Under the pieces are notes generated by a model. The model saw only the letters and a list, made by a program, of their open reading frames with translations. It had not been told where the DNA came from and did no database searches. Position numbers and translations under genes: made by a program. Below, one piece after another: positions 17,890 through 28,432 of a stretch of 64,000 nt of DNA (position 1 is the stretch's first letter; each line of letters starts with the position of its first letter). This stretch comes from Ostreococcus lucimarinus (Eukaryota). The DNA lies in NCBI GenBank assembly GCA_000092065.1, contig CP000599.1. One strand, 5' to 3'.

Positions 17890-20496
17890 TCATTCCTTCT
17901 TGTTGGCGTCTTGAGCGTTATTTTCTTCTCCGCCCGTCTCGACTGGCTCCGTCGTCGCGGGAGCGGGCGGGGCGGGTTCTTTCTTATACGTCGTTCCCTG
18001 AAGATTATTGATCGCCACGGTGATATCGGTGAGCTTGTCGATTGGACTCGTGATATCGCTCTTCATCGCGATTCGCCCCGCCTCGCGCATGCCCGTGATC
18101 CACGCCCCGTGCATCGTCGCCGGATAGTGCCTCGTCGTCGCTTCGCCGCTGAAGTGGATGTTCCCCACCGGTTCGCTCATCTCTTCATAATCGTCCCCGG
18201 TGGCTCTCGTCGAGCACGAGCTGTAGGCGCCGAACGTGTTTTCATCCTTCCCCCACCGCGTGACGTGACTCGCCACCGGCTTGCCCACGTCTGCCTTTGG
18301 GAAAGCGCATCGCAAGTGCGCCAACAAATCTTCCACCACCTCGTCGTCTTCGCGGCTTTCGACTTCGATCGCGGCTTCCCCGGCGCAAAGCGCCAGGATG
18401 ACGTTTTCGTCGCCCTTGTTGTGGGAATATATCAAAAAGTATCGACCGCGATCGCGCGTGTGCGACTGCACGAAACCAAACGTGTCGCACTTTTCGTCCC
18501 AAAATCTTTTTTCAAAGACCAAGATGACCTTGTTCAAGACGCCGAAATTTATGTTCTCTATGGCTTGAAGCTTGCGATGAGGCAACTCCGGGATGAAGGA
18601 AATGACGCCGCGCTTCAAAACACCCAGCGGAACGGTGACGAGGACGCAGTCGGCGATGATGTCGACTTCTCGACCGCAGTGCACGATGACGCCCTTGCCG
18701 CCGAGCGACTGAGCGTCGGTGATGGATGTCACGCGATGACGATACCAAACTCGTAAATCCTTGCTCAGGGCGTCGATGAAACGCACGTTACCACCCGGCA
18801 CGACGACGTGATTACCGGTGAAATCGTACGCGTCGTCTTGATCCCACTGCATCAACGACAACTCTTTCGCCTGCGACGCGTTGGCGAATTCCAAATTCGC
18901 GATGTGCCAGTTGTGCACGTCCTTGGCCGCGTTTCTAGTCTCCATCGGCAACTTCTCGAGCTCAACATTTATTCTCTTCTCGAGTTCGCGCCCGAGCGAT
19001 GAGGCGTTGGCGATTTGTCGATCCATCGCCACGCGAAAGAACGACATGTCTTCCAGTATTTTGTTGAAATTTTTCTCCACCATCTCGTCCACTTCGCTAT
19101 CGACCGTGTCGCCGTTGCGGTCGTACAACGGGCACTCGGGCTGAATGATGTGCGGCTTGATTCCGAGTTGACGCGCGACGACGCAGAGCGGGTTGCCATT
19201 CGACCCGCTCAAAATACTTCCTCCGAGATCGGCCCACACTTTCTTGACGTCTTTGTCGCTCTCGGTGACATTTTTAGTCTTCGTCGTTTCCTTCCCCGCC
19301 TCGTCGATAAACTCAGCCGGAAACTCGCGCGTGTCCACGCGCCCTCCCAAACGCTCGCTCGATTCCAGAACCACCACTCTGTGCCCAAGATTTTTCAGGT
19401 GTTTCGCCGCGGCGAGTCCGGAGATACCGGCGCCGATGACGACGACGGACATCTTTTGCGAGGTCCCTTTCTTCTCCGCGAATTCTTCAAACTTGGACGC
19501 CGTGCGCATGACGCCGTAGTTGATGTATCCGAACATCGTGAGATATCTGTGCACCCCGTGCGCGAGGTTGATGAATTTGTTCTTGAACATGTCCGCCGCC
19601 GCCGTCGCGGACAAATACTCGCGCGGTTTAGCTCGCCATTTGACGATGAGCGCGTTCCTGATCGCGATGAAATCGCCGTCGTTGTGGGATTCGCCCGGCG
19701 GCAGGAACGCGCGCTCGACGTCGGACAAGCCGTCGGTCTCGAGGTTTAATTCAATCGCAATTTCCAAGTCCGCCACGTCCTCCGGTCGCAGCGGTCGCGG
19801 AGCGCGCGGCGGCGGCGCGTTTTTCGCCGCGCGCGCGATCATCTCCGCCTTTCTCTCGATCTCTCGTCTGTGCAAGGCTTCCATCTCCGCCTCGTCCCCG
19901 GTTTGGACGAACACTTCCGTCAAGCGCGTGGGTTTGCGTCGCTCGCGCTGCGACGTTCGCGTCGGCGGCGTCGGCGCGTCTCCGCGCGTCTCCGGCGCGC
20001 GATCGACGACGACGTCTCCGATCTCCTCCGACGTCGTCATCTTCGCCGGCTCTCCCTTTCTGTGATGCCCCTGTCTGAGCGATTCCCCGTTCGCCGTCGC
20101 CGCCGTCGCCGTCGCCGCCTCGTCGTCGCCGCCGTCCCGCCGCCGGCGCCCGCTCGCCGCCGCCCCACCCCCTCCGCCCCCTCCCCGCGTCCCTCGATCG
20201 TCCCCGATCGATTCCTCGCGCTCCGTCTTCGCTCTCTTCCCCCCCCCCGCGTCTCCCTCCCCCTCCTCGCGCGCTCGATCCCGCGTCTCCGTCGCCCCCC
20301 CGTCTCGCCCGCCCGCCCGCCCGCGCTCGCGTCCGCGCGCGCCTCCCTCCCCCGTCCCATCCCGCGCCTCCCTCGCGCCCTCGCTCGCGTCCATCTCGCG
20401 CCTCGAGCTCGTCCCCTCATCGCCTCGATGCGCGAACTCCTCCGTCGCGCGTCGCACGCCGCCGAGCACGCGCCGCAGCAGCACGCCGACGCCCAT
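17890..20496 (-). CDS. LSD1/KDM1-type lysine-specific histone demethylase (SWIRM plus flavin amine oxidase)
   Basis: SWIRM: FLPPGESHNDGDFIAIRNALIVKWRAKPREY...VHRYLTMFGYINYG. FAD-binding: KMSVVVIGAGISGLAAAKHLKNLGHRVVVLESSERLGGRV. C-terminal amine oxidase: IHFSGEATTRHYPATMHGAWITGMREA. The start could be the internal ATG at 20394. Confidence 0.8.
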   Translation of the reverse strand: MGVGVLLRRVLGGVRRATEEFAHRGDEGTSSRREMDASEGAREARDGTGEGGARGRERGRAGGRDGGATETRDRAREEGEGDAGGGKRAKTEREESIGDDRGTRGGGGGGGAAASGRRRRDGGDDEAATATAATANGESLRQGHHRKGEPAKMTTSEEIGDVVVDRAPETRGDAPTPPTRTSQRERRKPTRLTEVFVQTGDEAEMEALHRREIERKAEMIARAAKNAPPPRAPRPLRPEDVADLEIAIELNLETDGLSDVERAFLPPGESHNDGDFIAIRNALIVKWRAKPREYLSATAAADMFKNKFINLAHGVHRYLTMFGYINYGVMRTASKFEEFAEKKGTSQKMSVVVIGAGISGLAAAKHLKNLGHRVVVLESSERLGGRVDTREFPAEFIDEAGKETTKTKNVTESDKDVKKVWADLGGSILSGSNGNPLCVVARQLGIKPHIIQPECPLYDRNGDTVDSEVDEMVEKNFNKILEDMSFFRVAMDRQIANASSLGRELEKRINVELEKLPMETRNAAKDVHNWHIANLEFANASQAKELSLMQWDQDDAYDFTGNHVVVPGGNVRFIDALSKDLRVWYRHRVTSITDAQSLGGKGVIVHCGREVDIIADCVLVTVPLGVLKRGVISFIPELPHRKLQAIENINFGVLNKVILVFEKRFWDEKCDTFGFVQSHTRDRGRYFLIYSHNKGDENVILALCAGEAAIEVESREDDEVVEDLLAHLRCAFPKADVGKPVASHVTRWGKDENTFGAYSSCSTRATGDDYEEMSEPVGNIHFSGEATTRHYPATMHGAWITGMREAGRIAMKSDITSPIDKLTDITVAINNLQGTTYKKEPAPPAPATTEPVETGGEENNAQDANKKE

Positions 20497-20996
20497 CGCT
20501 TCGTCGCGAACGCGCGTTTAATTTTTACCCCTATTGAGCGATCCCGCGTGCTCTTCGACCGATTCCCACGCGTGCCGCGTCGTAAAAATACCCGCTTTCG
20601 GGCGATCGCGCGCTCGCGAAAGTTTCGCCGCGCGCGCGACCGCGGTCGTCGTCGCGAAGCGATTTTTGCCCCGAATCCAACGAATTCGCGCCCTGGAGAT
20701 GGATGGATCGTCGAGCGCCCTCGATCGGCGACGCTTTCGAGCCGCGAGACGCGCTCGACGGCGCGACGCGGCTCGAAGCGCGAGCGATCGCGCGCGATCG
20801 CGTCGTCGATCGCGCGCGGCGCGGTCGCGAATCCGCGATCGGCGTCGGCCGTCGTCGAATCCGCGGCGCGATGTGGCGACGATCCGGGCCGCGTCGGCGG
20901 TTTCGCGTGCTTCTATACGATGTTTTAGTGCGTATTACGGTATCGAAACGCCCCGTTCGTTTACGTACACGTCGGCGCGTCGCGTCGACGGGCGTC

Positions 20997-21190
20997 GCGG
21001 ATTCTCCTACTGATGGGTGTCGCGGGGCGTTTTATGCGGTACTGAGTATCGTATTTTAGGTATACGTCATTCGATGCGCGGCGCGCGCATCGCGGATCCG
21101 CGTGTGGTCGCGGATTCTCCTACTGATGGGTGTCGCGGGGCGTTTTATGCGGTACTGAGTATCGTATTTTAGGTATACGTCATTCGATGC
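20997..21190. repeat. Tandem duplication, about 111-bp unit x2, upstream of the LSD1-like gene
   Basis: gcggattctcctactgatgggtgtcgcggggcgttttatgcggtactgagtatcgtattttaggtatacgtcattcgatgcg occurs twice. Confidence 0.85.
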
Positions 21191-21653
21191 GTGGAGCGCG
21201 CATCGCGAACGCGCGGCGGCGCCGCGGATCCCGACGCGCGGCGCGACCGGCGCGGCGCGGCGCGGCGTCGAGCGTCGGAACGCGCGTCTCGCGTCGACGC
21301 GCGGGTCCGCGACTTCCGACGCCGCGCGAACGGCGCCGCGGACGCGGGATCTCGAACGCGACGACATGCCGTTTCAAATCTACGTCGCGGGACAGCGCCT
21401 CGCGTCGGACGCGGTGCTGAGCGACGCGTGGCGAGCGAGCGACGCGCGCGCGCGATTGAAACGACCGAGCGCGACGGACGCGGACGGCGACGACTCGGAC
21501 GGCGATGGGCGGGACCGCGGGACGCGGGACGACGGGGCGAGGGCGAAGCGCGCGGCGCGGTGACGGACGAAGACGGACGACGCGCGAGCGCGCGCGCGAA
21601 AAGGGTTCGAATGGGATGTATTTTTTTTTAATGATCAAACGAAGATGGATTCG

Positions 21654-22622
21654 TCACGACGGGTCGAGGGCGAGGGGGACCCAACGCTCGAACGCGGCGG
21701 GCGAGCCGTACCACGCGCGACCGGCGGCGTCGTCGGCGCCGAGAGGGGTGTGATAGACGTCGTCCAACACGACGTGACGCGCGCCGTCCATGAGGGCGGA
21801 CTCGACGGGCGTGATGCCGTCGCCGTCGACGGCGGCGCGGCCGCACACTTGCTTGTATCCCTGGCCGAGCGCGAACGCGCCCGCGCTCGCGACGCCGTCG
21901 AGCGTCTCCGCGCCGCGCGCGTATTTCCCAGCCACGCACACGCACTCGATGCCGAGATCGCGCGTCAGTTCGCTCGCCGAGCGACAATTCTCGTCGACGT
22001 ACGTCAGGATCCCTCGCGTTTGATCGACGACGCCCGGGACGTCGCGCGGCGCCGGTTTCATCGGCGAGCCCAGCGTCACCAGTCGCGCGATTCGCCCCAC
22101 GATCGCCTCGCTCGCGTGTTCGTCGATGAAAACGCGCGCGAGCCATCCTCCGGCGCTGTGCGCGCACAGTATCAGCGCGACGTCGTCGTCGTCGCGCGTC
22201 GCTTCCTCGCACGCGTTCGCGAGCGCGTCTAAATACCAGTTCACCGTCGGTTTCGGTCGCAGCGTCCCGCGCCAGTACGCCGGCGTCGCCGCGCCGGCGG
22301 CGTTGCGGAGCCAATCGACGCGTCGCACGTCGGCGATCGTCGCGCCGTGCCCGCGCGCGCGCAGGAGCGCGGCGAAGGCGTCGTAATCCGTCCCGGCGTT
22401 CCCGAGACCGGGACAGATGACGACGTGCGGCTTCGCGGCCGCGCAGCGCGTCGCGCGCGCGCAGAAGCGACGCGGGCGACGCGAAGACCGCTCGCGCGCG
22501 TCGAGGCGCGCGCTCGCGGCGAGCGCGAGCGCGCGCGACGACATGACGCGACGAGGAGTGCCGACGAACGCGGCGAGCGCGACGAACCGCGGGACGAACG
22601 AACGACGCGTGAATGAATGCAT
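21654..22622 (-). CDS. Alpha/beta-hydrolase (PGAP1-like / DUF676 lipase-like), probable organelle presequence
   Basis: Nucleophile elbow LCAHSAGGW (GxSxG). PHVVICPGLGNAG matches the family N-terminus. R/A/S-rich N-terminal extension. Confidence 0.5.
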   Translation of the reverse strand: MHSFTRRSFVPRFVALAAFVGTPRRVMSSRALALAASARLDARERSSRRPRRFCARATRCAAAKPHVVICPGLGNAGTDYDAFAALLRARGHGATIADVRRVDWLRNAAGAATPAYWRGTLRPKPTVNWYLDALANACEEATRDDDDVALILCAHSAGGWLARVFIDEHASEAIVGRIARLVTLGSPMKPAPRDVPGVVDQTRGILTYVDENCRSASELTRDLGIECVCVAGKYARGAETLDGVASAGAFALGQGYKQVCGRAAVDGDGITPVESALMDGARHVVLDDVYHTPLGADDAAGRAWYGSPAAFERWVPLALDPS

Positions 22623-22663
22623 CGATTAAATGAAGGCGCGATCTTCAGCGCGGTTGAGAAGCG

Positions 22664-23998
22664 TTAATCCGAGGTTCGTCGCGCGAAGACGAAGCGATCG
22701 GCGTCGGTGCTGAGGGCGACGCCGACGCCGGCGCCGCGCTCGTCTCCGGCGGCGGCGCGACCTTCGTAGTATAAACGAATGCGATCGCCCGCCATGGGCA
22801 CGGCGTAAGGTTTGCCGACGCCTCCTTGATCCCACGCGCCCGCGGCGCCGGCCTCGAGCGCGGGCGCGCTCGGGCGAGTCCACGAGACGCCGTCGCGGGA
22901 CGTCGCCACGGCGACGCTCGCGACGCCCGGCGCGCTCGACGAGTACGCCTCGTAAAACATTATGAATTCGTCCCGACCGAGCCTGACGACGCACGGCGCC
23001 GCCACGCCGGCGTCGTCGAACGAACCGCTCGGCCCGGGGCCGAAGATGGCCTCCGACCCGCGCTTGCTGTACGCGAACCCGTCCGCCGTGAGCGCCAAAC
23101 CGACGGCGGATTTCCCCGTGCGCACGTCGATCGAGGCGTAGTACACCCGTATGTCCCTCGGTCCCGCGAGCAAAACCTTTGGATCGCGCACACCCCTCGC
23201 GTCCCACGCCCCGTCCTCGCCGCGATCGAACACCGCCCCCGTGTGGTGCTCGCCCTCGAACCGCGCCCAGTTCCTGCCGTCTTGCGAAAACGCCAGCCCC
23301 GGCCGCGTCGTCGTCGTCGCCGCCGCCGCCCCCGCCGCCGCCCCGTGATCGTACCCGTGATAAAACATCCAGTACACCGACCCTCCCGAGATGGAATCGC
23401 TCGAGATCAGCTGCACGTCGCCCAACTGCGTCCCTCTCGTGTCGAACGTCCACCAGTCCTCGCCGTTCGCCCCGAACACTCGTCCGACGTCGATCGACCG
23501 CCCGTCGACGTCGTTCCTGTACATCACCGCGTCCGAGTCCCCTCGCCGCCACGTCACGCCGTCCTCCGACGTCGCGATCGCGATCGAATCGTCGCCTCGC
23601 GCGTTCGTCGCCGCGTACCACATCGTCCATCGCGTCGCGTCGTCGCCTCGAAACGCCTTCACCACCGGCGCGCCCACGTGCGCGCCGTCGAAAGCGTCGC
23701 GCTGTTTGTCGTCGCCGTCGCGCGCCGGCGCGAACACGCGTCCCGCGTCGTCGCCGCCTCCGCGCGCGCGCGTCGTCCGCCGCGACGTCGCCGCGACGTC
23801 GCGCGTTCGACGCCTCGTTCGCGTCGCGCGCGCGACGGTCGTCGTCGCCGTCGCGCGCGACATGTCTGTCGCGCGTCGGACGGCGATCGTCGATCGTCGA
23901 GCGCGTCGAGCGCGCGTCGCGATGCGACGACGGCGCGCGCGGCGACGCCGCGATCGCGTCGGGCGGGACGTGGCGTTTCGGGCGAATCTTCTTGGCAT
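22664..23998 (-). CDS. Glycoside-hydrolase-like five-bladed beta-propeller protein (GH43/GH130/DUF377 superfamily)
   Basis: Repeated blade motifs IAIATSEDGVTWRR, GLALTADGFAY and VAVATSRDGVSWTR with WD/YYE patterns. Low-complexity basic N-terminus. Confidence 0.45.
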   Translation of the reverse strand: MPRRFARNATSRPTRSRRRRARRRRIATRARRARRSTIAVRRATDMSRATATTTVARATRTRRRTRDVAATSRRTTRARGGGDDAGRVFAPARDGDDKQRDAFDGAHVGAPVVKAFRGDDATRWTMWYAATNARGDDSIAIATSEDGVTWRRGDSDAVMYRNDVDGRSIDVGRVFGANGEDWWTFDTRGTQLGDVQLISSDSISGGSVYWMFYHGYDHGAAAGAAAATTTTRPGLAFSQDGRNWARFEGEHHTGAVFDRGEDGAWDARGVRDPKVLLAGPRDIRVYYASIDVRTGKSAVGLALTADGFAYSKRGSEAIFGPGPSGSFDDAGVAAPCVVRLGRDEFIMFYEAYSSSAPGVASVAVATSRDGVSWTRPSAPALEAGAAGAWDQGGVGKPYAVPMAGDRIRLYYEGRAAAGDERGAGVGVALSTDADRFVFARRTSD

Positions 23999-24514
23999 TC
24001 GGTGGTGTTCGTATACGTATGTTTATGTGTGTGTGTGTTTTACGTATTGAAGGGGTCTGAGTGCTATATACAAGGGTTTAGAGCATAGCCCGGCCGCGCG
24101 CGCCGTCGCGGCGTCGCGGCGTCGTTCGCGCGCGCGGGGGGCGTTCGCGTCTTTCCATACATGGGAGTCGGATGACCTCGTATACGTGATTATACATCGT
24201 ATATTGGGCGCGTGAAGCGGTGTATACGTATCGCGTGCGCGGTGCCCCGCCCCGGCCGCGCGCGCGCGCGCGAGACGCCGGCGCGTCGATCGAGACGCGC
24301 GCGCGCGAACGCGTCGATCGAGACGCGCGCGCGAACGCTCGACGCGCGCGACGGTCGATCGACGACGCGCATTTGGGCGATCGACGACGCGCGACGAACG
24401 CGCGAATCGACGGGCATCGGGAATCGCGAACACCATAGCGATTGCGAGCGATCGCGAACGAGGCGTCGCGAACGAATCGCGTGCGAATCGCGAGGCGGCG
24501 GTTCGAGGCGCGCG

Positions 24515-27379
24515 ATGTCGCGACGGTCGAGCTCGGGGATGCCGGGACTCGGATCGCTGAGCTCGGCGGACAAGACGAAGGCGTCGACGATGCGGTTGTT
24601 TCAAAAATCGCTGCGAGACATGATCACGGGCATTCGCAGTCACAAGGATTCGCAGAAGGAGTTTATAAATAAATGCCTGAGCGACATACGCGCGGAGGTG
24701 GTGAGCTCGGACATCAGGACGAAGGCGGTGGCGATCGAAAAGGCGACGTACCTGCACTCGCTCGGGTATTCGATGCACTGGGCGTCGTTTCACGTGGTGG
24801 AATTGATGTCGACGACGAACGTAAAGTATAAGAGAATCGGATACTTGGCGGCGTGTCAAAGTTTTGGGGACGACACGGACGTGGTGCTGTTGATTCCTAA
24901 TTTGTTGAAGAAGGATTTGGCGTCGCCGAATCCCGCGGAGGCGGCGCTGGCGATTTCGTGCCTGGGGAACATCGTGACGCCGGAGTTGTCGCAGACGCTC
25001 GTGGCGGACGTGTACTCGCTGTTGAACAATCATAAGCCGGATTTGCGACGACGAGCGTGCTTGTGCCTGTACAAGTGCTTCTTGCGATATCCCGAGGCGC
25101 TGCGACCGTCGTTCGCGCGATTGACAGAATGTCTGGACGACGACGATCAATCCGTGGTGCAGGCGGCGGTGACGGTGCTTTCCGAGCTCGCCATGCACAA
25201 CCCGAAGACGTACCTACCGCTCGCGCCCAAGTTTTATAAACTCTTGACGTCGAGCTCGTCGAATTGGATGACGATCAAGCTCGTGAAGGTTTTCGGCGCG
25301 CTCACGCCGCTCGAGCCGCGACTGGCGAAGAAGCTCGCGGGGCCGATCTCGGAGATTCTCGAAACCACCAACGCCAAGTCGTTGATGTACGAGTGCGTGC
25401 GCACGGTGGTGATGGGGATGACGAGTCAAGAAAAGGTCGTCCGCCAAGCGGTGGACAAGCTCAAGGATATGTTGGAGGATCACGATCCAAACATCAAATT
25501 TTTGGCGTTGCACGCGTTGACGTTTTTGCTCGATTCGCACCCGCGCATCGTCGCCGAGCACAAGGGGAACATCTTCGAGTGCCTCGACCACGAAGATTCA
25601 AACATTCAATACTGTGCGTTGAAAATTGTGTGCGGTTTGGTGACGAAGCGCACGCTCATCGACACCACGGCGCACTTGATGAACGCCATGGGCAAGGCGG
25701 ATCAACGCTTCAGGGACGAACTCGTGTTGAGCGTGATTCACATCTGCATGAACGAGCGCTACGCCTTGGTGACGGATTTTGTGTGGTATCTTTCCGTCCT
25801 CGCGGATCTCATTCGTGTCCCGTGCTCGTCTCACGGCGCGCTCATCGGTGAACAAATCATCGACGTGTGCTTGCGCGTCGAGGTGATTCGCGAAGCCGCG
25901 GTGGGCATCTTGGGCCCGCTCTTGCTCGATGACTCATTGCTCGAGCAATCCAACGTCAACAAGACCGTGCCCGGAGCGCTCAAGGCCGTGGCTTGGGTCG
26001 TGGGCGAGTATGCGCACTACGTTGTCGATCACGAAGAAATTCTCGACGCGTTGCTGAGCCCGCAAGTCAAGCAACTCCCGGGCGACGCGCAAGCGGTCTA
26101 CTTGCAAACCATCTTCAAGGTTTACGCCAGTGCGGTGCTGATGTACTCTCAGGGCATTCGCCCCACGGGCGCCTTGGGTGCGCTCCCGGCACCGGCGACG
26201 GAGCCTTTGATCGAGCTCGCCGAAAACGGCGGTGAAGACGGCGGCGCGGCGAGCGCGCCGACGCCGGGCAAGTTGGTTCCCGAATCCGAGGACCTCGTCG
26301 TGTTGCGTCAAAAAGTCTCGCGCGCGATCGAGCCGTTCACTACGAGTTTTAATCTCGAAGTTCGCGAGCGAAGCTGCCAACTGCAGCAAATGCTCGTCAT
26401 CGTCGGCTCGTCCGAGGACAAGGAACCGGGCTCGGGAATCGCCATAATCGAAGCTTTCGCCACGGTTTTGAGCGAAGAGATCCAACCGGTGAGTGTCAAG
26501 GCGCAGCGTAAGATCGACATCCCCGCCGAGCTCGGCGCGGACGAACCGATGAGCGCGGAGTGGGACTACCTACTCGTCAGCAGCGACGACGAGGACGACG
26601 ACGAGTACGCGAGCAAAAAGGGCAAGAAGAACAAAAAGAACAAGAAGAAGGACAAGATGGCCAAGGAGATTCGCGACGTCACCGAAATTTTCGGTGCGAA
26701 GAAGAGCAAGGAACAAATCGCTCGCGAAGAGCGAGAATCGCGCGAAATGCTCGCCAAGCACAGGGAAAAGATGGGGCAATACTATCTTGAGGGCGACGCC
26801 GCGGGCGACGAGAAGAAGAAGTCGAAATCGCCTAAATCTCTCCCCGGTCCGGAGTCTGCGACGATGAACGCGCTCGAAGCTCGATTGGCGAATTACAACG
26901 TTGGCCAAGCGGAACGACCGACGATCAAGGGCGAAAGCGAAAGCGAGAGCGAGGAGGAGGAAGTGCCGACGGGGCCGAGGAAGGGCAAGCATTACGATCC
27001 CAAAGTCGCCTCTTCGCAGTTGCACGGCGAGCTCGGAGCGTACAACCCCATGAAACCGCTCGATCGCGGTGAGCACTTGCCATCAGTCGAGGCATACCCA
27101 CGATTCGATCCGTATTCAAAGGACGACGCGGCATTCAACGCGTTTTCCCCGGACGCGGGCAAGCACCACAAGTCTTCAAAGGAGAAAAAGTCGAAGAAGG
27201 ACAAGTCCAAGTCGAAGAAAAAGAAGGCGAATGGCGAAGGTATCGACGAAGCCGGCGCTAGCAACAAGGGGGGCTCAAAAGAGAAGAAGGCGAAGAAGGA
27301 AAAGAAGAGCAGCGAGAAGAAGACGAAGGCGGCGGACGTCGACGGCTTGGCAAAATCGCTCCTAGACGCCGCAGTGTAA
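24515..27379 (+). CDS. AP3D1: AP-3 adaptor complex delta subunit
   Basis: Collinear similarity to AP-3 delta: RLFQKSLRDMITGIRSHKDSQKEFINKCLSDIRAEV...KRIGYLAACQSFGDDTDVVLLIPNLLKKDLASPN...YPEALRPSFARLTECLDDDDQSVVQAAVTVLSELAMHNPKTYLPLAPKFYKLLTSSSSNWMTIKLVKVFGALTPLEPRLAKKL. Lys-rich C-terminal tail. Confidence 0.85.
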   Translation: MSRRSSSGMPGLGSLSSADKTKASTMRLFQKSLRDMITGIRSHKDSQKEFINKCLSDIRAEVVSSDIRTKAVAIEKATYLHSLGYSMHWASFHVVELMSTTNVKYKRIGYLAACQSFGDDTDVVLLIPNLLKKDLASPNPAEAALAISCLGNIVTPELSQTLVADVYSLLNNHKPDLRRRACLCLYKCFLRYPEALRPSFARLTECLDDDDQSVVQAAVTVLSELAMHNPKTYLPLAPKFYKLLTSSSSNWMTIKLVKVFGALTPLEPRLAKKLAGPISEILETTNAKSLMYECVRTVVMGMTSQEKVVRQAVDKLKDMLEDHDPNIKFLALHALTFLLDSHPRIVAEHKGNIFECLDHEDSNIQYCALKIVCGLVTKRTLIDTTAHLMNAMGKADQRFRDELVLSVIHICMNERYALVTDFVWYLSVLADLIRVPCSSHGALIGEQIIDVCLRVEVIREAAVGILGPLLLDDSLLEQSNVNKTVPGALKAVAWVVGEYAHYVVDHEEILDALLSPQVKQLPGDAQAVYLQTIFKVYASAVLMYSQGIRPTGALGALPAPATEPLIELAENGGEDGGAASAPTPGKLVPESEDLVVLRQKVSRAIEPFTTSFNLEVRERSCQLQQMLVIVGSSEDKEPGSGIAIIEAFATVLSEEIQPVSVKAQRKIDIPAELGADEPMSAEWDYLLVSSDDEDDDEYASKKGKKNKKNKKKDKMAKEIRDVTEIFGAKKSKEQIAREERESREMLAKHREKMGQYYLEGDAAGDEKKKSKSPKSLPGPESATMNALEARLANYNVGQAERPTIKGESESESEEEEVPTGPRKGKHYDPKVASSQLHGELGAYNPMKPLDRGEHLPSVEAYPRFDPYSKDDAAFNAFSPDAGKHHKSSKEKKSKKDKSKSKKKKANGEGIDEAGASNKGGSKEKKAKKEKKSSEKKTKAADVDGLAKSLLDAAV

Positions 27380-27665
27380 TTCGTTGTTCATGCACGATCG
27401 ACGTCATTATCGTGACTGATCGTGTCGCAGGTCGCTCGTTGACGAAGTGTCCACCGTATCACCGTTTCATGTGACCATTAGTCGTGCTGCTGTTGCTGTG
27501 TATTAATTACTACCCCACGTTATCGTGAAAAATGACCGCTCGTCTCCCAATTCAAATTTCATTTTCGCGACGAAAAAAACGCCCGCACAGCGCACACTTT
27601 GACGCTCGGCATCCGTGCGACGCGTTCTGCAACTATTTACAGCACCGACGCCCGCACGAACAGTC

Positions 27666-27896
27666 ATGACAGTGACGTGGGCCGATGCAGGAAATGCCAG
27701 CGCGAAGCTCACACTCGAGGACGTTCGTGGGTGGGCCGTGGAGTATGGGTTCGTGAAGACGAGCGTGCCGTCCGATCGTCCGATCGCCCAACGCGTCGAT
27801 CTCGCGGCGTTTTTCAAGGTTTACAACACGAATGCGTTTTCAACGTTTAAAGATAAATTCAAGAAGAAGCGATTGAAACCGCCGAATGAGACCCAG
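27666..27896 (+). CDS. Acyl-CoA-binding-protein-like gene, exon 1
   Basis: The ORF ends ...KRLKPPNETQ immediately followed by a CAG|GTGAGC donor at 27897. Confidence 0.4.
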
Positions 27897-27978
27897 GTGA
27901 GCTAACTGCGGGCACTCGACGTCTCCGGCGGCGCGATCGACTGAGCGAACACACGACTGACGGGTTTCGTGAACGTAG

Positions 27979-28338
27979 GATGCTGACGATGACGACGACG
28001 ACGAGTTGACAGAAGAACAAATCGCTACTTTTCTATCTGAATATGAACAACACAAAGACTACGAGACGCTCAAGTGGCGATACGTCAAACGTCCAGGAGC
28101 CCAAGCTGCGCGCACAGAAGCGTGGTACGGATGCTACGGCCCGACTCAGTACCTCAAACACGGCGAGAACAAGGAGAAAGCTCCTGTTTGGCGAGAAGAC
28201 GGATCCATCGATTACGGTGGACGCGCGAAATGGGACGCCTGGGACGCGTGTAAAGGAATGACTGAGCAGGAAGCCAAGATTGCGTTCGTGCGCGCCATTC
28301 GCTCGGCTTTGGCGGCTCCGCACGAAAACTTTTACTGA
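27979..28338 (+). CDS. Acyl-CoA-binding-protein-like gene, exon 2 (ACBP-like domain)
   Basis: Acceptor ...acgactgacgggtttcgtgaacgtag|gat (ACTGAC branch motif 20 nt upstream). YGGRAKWDAWDACKGMTEQEAKIAFV matches the ACBP core (GKAKWDAW..KG.S.E.A...Y). Coordinates here are +/-1. Confidence 0.45.
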   Translation, partial: DADDDDDDELTEEQIATFLSEYEQHKDYETLKWRYVKRPGAQAARTEAWYGCYGPTQYLKHGENKEKAPVWREDGSIDYGGRAKWDAWDACKGMTEQEAKIAFVRAIRSALAAPHENFY

Positions 28339-28432
28339 CAACTGCCTCATGCCTTCCTGGCCAACGTGCGTTGCTTTGTGGCCACTTGAACAATCTTCTC
28401 TTCGACCTGTCACGTGGTGAAAAATGCGCTGG

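Noticed and set aside
21130-21640. Several 80-150-aa ORFs (21130-21420, 21180-21638, 21191-21631, 21366-21563) that might be small genes between the LSD1 and hydrolase genes.
   Set aside because: All are R/A/G-rich low-complexity translations of CG-repeat DNA on both strands, with no conserved motif. Most likely noncoding promoter or 3' flank.
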